Source of the DNA: Eledone cirrhosa
Taxonomy: Eukaryota
DNA: 64,000 nt
Direction: 5' to 3'
Assembly: GCA_964016885.1 (NCBI GenBank)
Contig: OZ024742.1
Coordinates: forward strand, 302,932,001-302,996,000
The notes under the pieces: model-generated
Told to the model about the DNA's origin: nothing
Database searches by the model: none
What the model saw: only the letters and a program-made list of their open reading frames with translations
Program-made: the position numbers and the translations under genes
Shown here: piece by piece, positions 59,063-64,000 of the stretch
Layout: each line of letters starts with the position of its first letter
Position numbering within the stretch: position 1 is the stretch's first letter

Positions 59063-59497
59063 CACAGTTTTACCTGCAATGTTATATGGCAGTGAAACTT
59101 GGGCTACACCGAAGATAGAACAGAGGCTGGTAACGTCTCAAAGAGCCATGGAGAGTTCAATGCCAGGAATCTCGTTGAGAGAGCACATCAGGAGCGAAGT
59201 CATCAGACAGAAGTCCGGCGTGAGGTACGTCATCACGGAATATATGCACAGCAAGTTCAGATTTGCTGGAGACGTCGCCCGGTTCACCGTTAATCGGTGG
59301 ACCCGCGCAGTTGCCGAGTGGTACACGCGCGAGCGGAAACGACTACTCGGAAGGCCTCCACGAAGGTGGAGTTACGATTTTAAGAATACGATTGGGAATG
59401 CATGGATGAGGAAAGCACGATCCAGAGAGGAATGGACGGCGTGCTGTGACCAGCGGCGCTTAATGGACGTCCGACAGATTGGTTGGTCAAGGTGATT
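59060..59497 (+). pseudogene. 3' fragment of an RTE-1-type LINE
   Basis: [41 protein letters not shown]. Confidence 0.8.
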
Positions 59498-59521
59498 AAT
59501 GTGATATATATATATATATAG

Positions 59522-59600
<79 letters not shown>

Positions 59601-59697
59601 AAATTACCCCCTGTCATTGTTTCATGTGTTTATTTTAAATATATATATATGACAATCAATTTCTAGTTGATATATATATTTATATATATATATGTAT

Positions 59698-59768
<71 letters not shown>

Positions 59769-61155
59769 TTGTGTGCATGCGTGTGCGTTTACACACACAT
59801 AATATATATATTTATATAATTCGTTGATATTAAATTGTTCTTCATATGTATTGATATTTTATTGTTAGTGTTATATTCAACGTAAGGAGTAAATGTTACC
59901 AGTTGTCTGTCGTGTTTCTGGTTTTTGTTGTTACTGTTGTTAAATCTATAACCGGTAACAGAAGCATGTTTATATTTAGTCAACATCAGTGATATATAAC
60001 CTCCAGCTAATAAAAACAAAACAACAACAAATGAATCACTAACTGCTAAATAATAATGAACAAACAGACGAGAATAGTCAACAACTGACGGCAAATAGAA
60101 ATAAATACGAACGTTAGGTAGAAAAATATACAAACTGACAAAGACAACTTAATGATTTATACAGTAATAATAACTGTGATTTCAGCAACAATAGCTATAA
60201 CAACAAAGCCAACATAAATGTTCACAATGAATTCTGAAGCATTTCTTTCTTTAAACAGTTTAGTGTTTGTTCAAGGCTTTCCTTTAGGCTACTGTTTTGC
60301 TAACAAATGTCATTACTGAAAGAACAGTTGATTGTTCACTCTCCCAATGCCGACAATGTTAGATCGTTGTGGCACACCGATTGAACAATTTCATGCTAGA
60401 TTAAGGAGGCAACAATTTCTTCTCAATTGCTTGCGCCTTTCTTTATGTTATATGTGTATACTTTTTCTTTTTCTTCTTATTGCATTACTCTAATTTTTCG
60501 AATGCTGAGTGAGTAAATGCTTCTCACTTTGGTAATAATATCTCAGAAGATCGGTTTCGACAAAAATCCCTCTTTCTGAATCTCACTCTCTTCACTTTCT
60601 TTGCACACACACAGATAGACAGACAGACACAGACACACATACAGACACACAAACACAAACATACTCACACACACTTACAAACAACCACACACACATTCAC
60701 AAACTCATACACATTATATGCGCTAAATCTTTAATGCATGAAATTGCGTAATAACAATTTGTAATCAAAGTTGTAGGTACAATCACAGATCTAGAGATAT
60801 AACATATTTCATAGCCATAGGGTAAATAGTTCCGTTGAGAAAATACATATATTTAATATTTTCTGTGAATCCAATTCGGGATATTTTCTGGAACTTAATA
60901 CTTTGGTTTTAGCAAAAATAATACACTCCGCATCCATGCTGCAATGATTGCATGGGTTAATATTTCTTAAAATGGCTTAGCTCTAGAAAGAAAACTTCAT
61001 TTTTTGTACCGAGGTTTCCTTTAAAGACCAACTGTAGGAAGTTAATGTAGTTTGTATGATTTCGATAGGGCTGCTAAAAGAATGTACGTGTTAATAGAAT
61101 CCTGATGTAAATAGTTTGTTACCGCACCTTTGTATGATTTAGAGGTATTATTGAA

Positions 61156-61378
61156 GGGCAGCGGATTGGCAGTATCGGTAGAGCGTTGGACAACATGCTA
61201 CGCGGCATAGAGTTACGGCCCTTTATGTTCTGTGTTAAAAAAAATCCCACGGAGGTTAACTTTGCCTTTCACCCTTACAGGGTCGATAAAATAAAGTACC
61301 AGTCACGCACTAGGGTCGATTTAATCGACTTTCCCCGCCTCCAAAATTACTGGTCTTGTGTCTATATAAGAAACCATT
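61156..61378 (+). mobile_element. tRNA-derived SINE
   Basis: GGATTGGCAGTATCGGTAGAGCG head and the same core as 1922-2112. Confidence 0.85.
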
Positions 61379-61733
61379 TTGATGGCGTCTAGACATTGAT
61401 ATATGATGCCCTTGAGCATGTACTTAGATGGCAGGGACAGTTGTTGGTGTCATGGGAGTTGTGAGGTATATTGTGCTTTTGCTCAATGTTGTGTTTAACA
61501 AATTATGGTTGATGTAATGATGCTAAATTACAATTAGACTTTGGTGATGTGAAGTACAAAATGTTAAGGGTATTTATATTAAATATTCGAGAAATATTTA
61601 CACAATCATTCACGTACATAAACACGGATACCCACAAAAATACACAAACATGAACATACATATAATCACACACACACATATATAGATATGTCCTTCTGTC
61701 CATTCACACACTCATACATACATAAAATATATA

Positions 61734-61800
<67 letters not shown>

Positions 61801-61802
<2 letters not shown>

Positions 61803-61998
61803 CGAAGGAAATGTGGTATGGAACCACGTGGACCATAACGCACCAATGTACTCAATACTTAGGGTAGTAGAGTGGGTAATAGGAACGAGTAGGACCCCGA
61901 CGGCTGAGTTCAAGCCGTTTCGACGGCTAATTCAGGACTTAGTCCAGAATTAACCGTCGAAACGGCTTGAGCTCAGTCGTCGGGATCCTACTCGTTCC
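61801..61998 (-). repeat. Fold-back half-hammerhead repeat (family of 7681-7848)
   Basis: 61880-61998 is a near-perfect palindrome centred on GGACTTAGTCC. Confidence 0.75.
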
Positions 61999-62216
61999 TA
62001 TATATATATATATATATATATATGCATTTCTCTCTCTTCCTTCGAGTCAACTCACATCTAGTCGCTGATTCTTTCCTTCGAGGTAATATTTTACCCAAAG
62101 CCGTTTCGACGGTATTTTGGTGTTCTAACAGCTTCCCTATGCCGAGTTTTCCAATTTTCCTGAGAATCCTAAAACACTCGCGTCGTCTTAAAACTCTTAT
62201 TTCAAGTTAATTTGTT

Positions 62217-62256
<40 letters not shown>

Positions 62257-62320
62257 CATATATTGAAGCGAAATCCTATTTCTTTTTTATTATAAGTTGA
62301 ACCAACTTATGCAGCTTCAT

Positions 62321-62369
62321 ATGCAAATGAGATTAATCACCTCATTTACACAGACGAGAAAAGTATATA
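62321..62369 (+). promoter_or_regulatory. Putative octamer plus TATA promoter module of family C
   Basis: ATGCAAAT, 31 nt including TCACC, then AAAGTATATA. Confidence 0.35.
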
Positions 62370-62413
62370 TTCTCATCTGTCTTCTAGTCCAGCAGTCGCA
62401 AGCAGTGGGAGGG

Positions 62414-62457
62414 ACCGTCCTGACGAAGGCCAATTAAGCCTGAAATGCATAGACGGT
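62414..62457 (+). ncRNA. Type I hammerhead ribozyme (family C)
   Basis: ACCGTC-CTGACGA-AGGC-caattaa-GCCT-GAAATGCATA-GACGGT; stem I extends over 62381-62491. Confidence 0.9.
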
Positions 62458-62583
62458 TGTCCCCCTTGCTTCTGCTGGACATCACCAGAAGGCGTTAGCC
62501 CCCCCCCCCATCCCGCAGCCGGTGTTTACATAGCTACGGCTTCCTAAAGCTGTATTTCTTTGGAGATACGAAATATTTATACA

Positions 62584-63109
62584 TCTATATATATAAAGCT
62601 GTGGTTGTCTGTCTGTCTATCGATTTTTGGCACACATCTCCTCTTAGAATCTCTGACGGAATTGCACCGAAATTGCTATACTTGTACATTGAGCTCTAGC
62701 GAAGACATCGGAAAAAATAATTTCAAATTGACCCACCCTATGTGACGAAATCGAATCTAATGTATCGATTTTTGAGCGTAAGTGACGAGTTATTTCCCTT
62801 TGTTCTGTTTACATTGAGCGTCTTACGTTGTTTTTCTCTGCGTTGCAGTGTTTACATTTTCGATCTTTGTTAATAAATAACCAGTGCAGTTTTTATCCCC
62901 AGCATCCTCTTTTGTTATAACATTCGGGTTATCGTTATGTTTTCTTAACTTCATAAGGCATATTGTTGGTTGAGGGAATATTAATCAAAAACACCACATG
63001 CAAGTCTGCACAGTAGACACTACAGTTTTTAAGCCAAAAAAGAAACTTAACATTGTAACTTTAACACAGCTACTGAGCGACCCCGAGCAACGCCGAGCTT
63101 TACTGCTAG
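62584..63109 (+). mobile_element. Non-autonomous Helitron
   Basis: A|TCTATATATATAAAGCTGTGGTTGTCTGTCTGTC ... CCGAGCAACGCCGAGCTTTACTGCTAG|T; 3' end shared with the 896-2355 element. Confidence 0.85.
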
Positions 63110-64000
63110 TATTGTATAAAGCTATGCTTGAAGCGAAATCCTATTTCTTTTATATATATATATATAGAGAGAGAGAGAGATATATATACACGGGTGTGTA
63201 TGATTGTGTATAGAAGATTATATTAATAAAAGGAATTCCAACTTTATCTGATTTACTCGTTTTATTTACAATCCTTTAAAATTTATAATGGTATTATAAT
63301 GAAATAGTATGATAGAATATTAAATGTTAAGTGTTAATTGAACAAGTACTTTCATGCTTTCGCAATCTTCAGGTTCATAATGTGTGGTGACAGTCAAGTT
63401 TGCAATTTTCAACTGAAAATGTGCTTGAATTGATACCTTCATATTTCAAACCAAATGTTTACTGTTTATCTTATTCTTACGGCTGGAAAATGAAACAAAA
63501 AAAAATATTCGATGTTATATGATATACCGCATTAAGACATGAAAATATCGATTGTTTGATTAAGCTTAGTAATTGAGTATATTTTAACTCACAAGCTTCT
63601 TCACATATTATAGGTTTGATGGATATTCTAATTCCTCCTTCAGCAGGTCTTGTGTACGGTTTTGTTTTCAAACACGATCTAGGCAAGTTGAAAAAAGAAG
63701 AATTTTGTTAGATATTATTTATTTACACCATTATTAAATAAAAATGGCGTAGACATTACAGTACAACGGGAGGAAACATCATAATACCACTGATGATGTC
63801 ACAGATGTGTGACGAGAGACATATATATATATATATTTATATCAGTATTTTTAACCGTTGGTCAATCAATGATAAACATTGATTGTCAGATAAGTTAACT
63901 ATGGAGATATAAAAGATACAGAAGCGAAAACCAATCCAATCCAAACTGAGTGTGTTTTGCTATTATTTCTGGCAATATTATAACAATATGATCCTCCCCA

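Larger units (their letters stand above)
62263..63151 (+). mobile_element. Hammerhead-bearing monomer, family C (~339 bp, 24-bp terminal redundancy), interrupted by a Helitron
   Basis: TTGAAGCGAAATCCTATTTCTTTT at 62263 and 63128; flanked by (TA)n. Confidence 0.75.

Noticed and set aside
63240-63760. Possible THAP or transposase remnant on the minus strand (SSFFNLP)
   Set aside because: Motif too weak and frames broken

Overview
AT-rich, microsatellite-saturated animal genomic DNA with no recognisable host gene. The SINE and LINE types suggest an octopus or other cephalopod (inference). Most identifiable sequence is decayed mobile DNA: three Penelope-like elements (PLEs) of different clades, a near-complete CR1/L2-group LINE, a near-complete RTE-X LINE, R4/Dong-type RLE retrotransposons, CRE and RTE fragments, RTE-derived non-autonomous elements, tRNA-derived SINEs and two non-autonomous Helitrons. 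Most short ORFs in the track are translations of simple repeats. The main unannotated signal is at least three unrelated families of short non-coding repeats (about 470, 310 and 340 bp). Each carries one type I hammerhead ribozyme per monomer with an extended stem I, and each occurs as tandem, terminally redundant or inverted copies inside (TA)n. These are candidate non-LTR retrozymes, probably mobilised by PLEs. Two families also share an octamer-(30/31 nt)-TATA arrangement upstream of the ribozyme. A fourth, circularly permuted ~600-bp family has the same layout but no hammerhead I could recognise. All structures were folded by eye and all coordinates read by hand.
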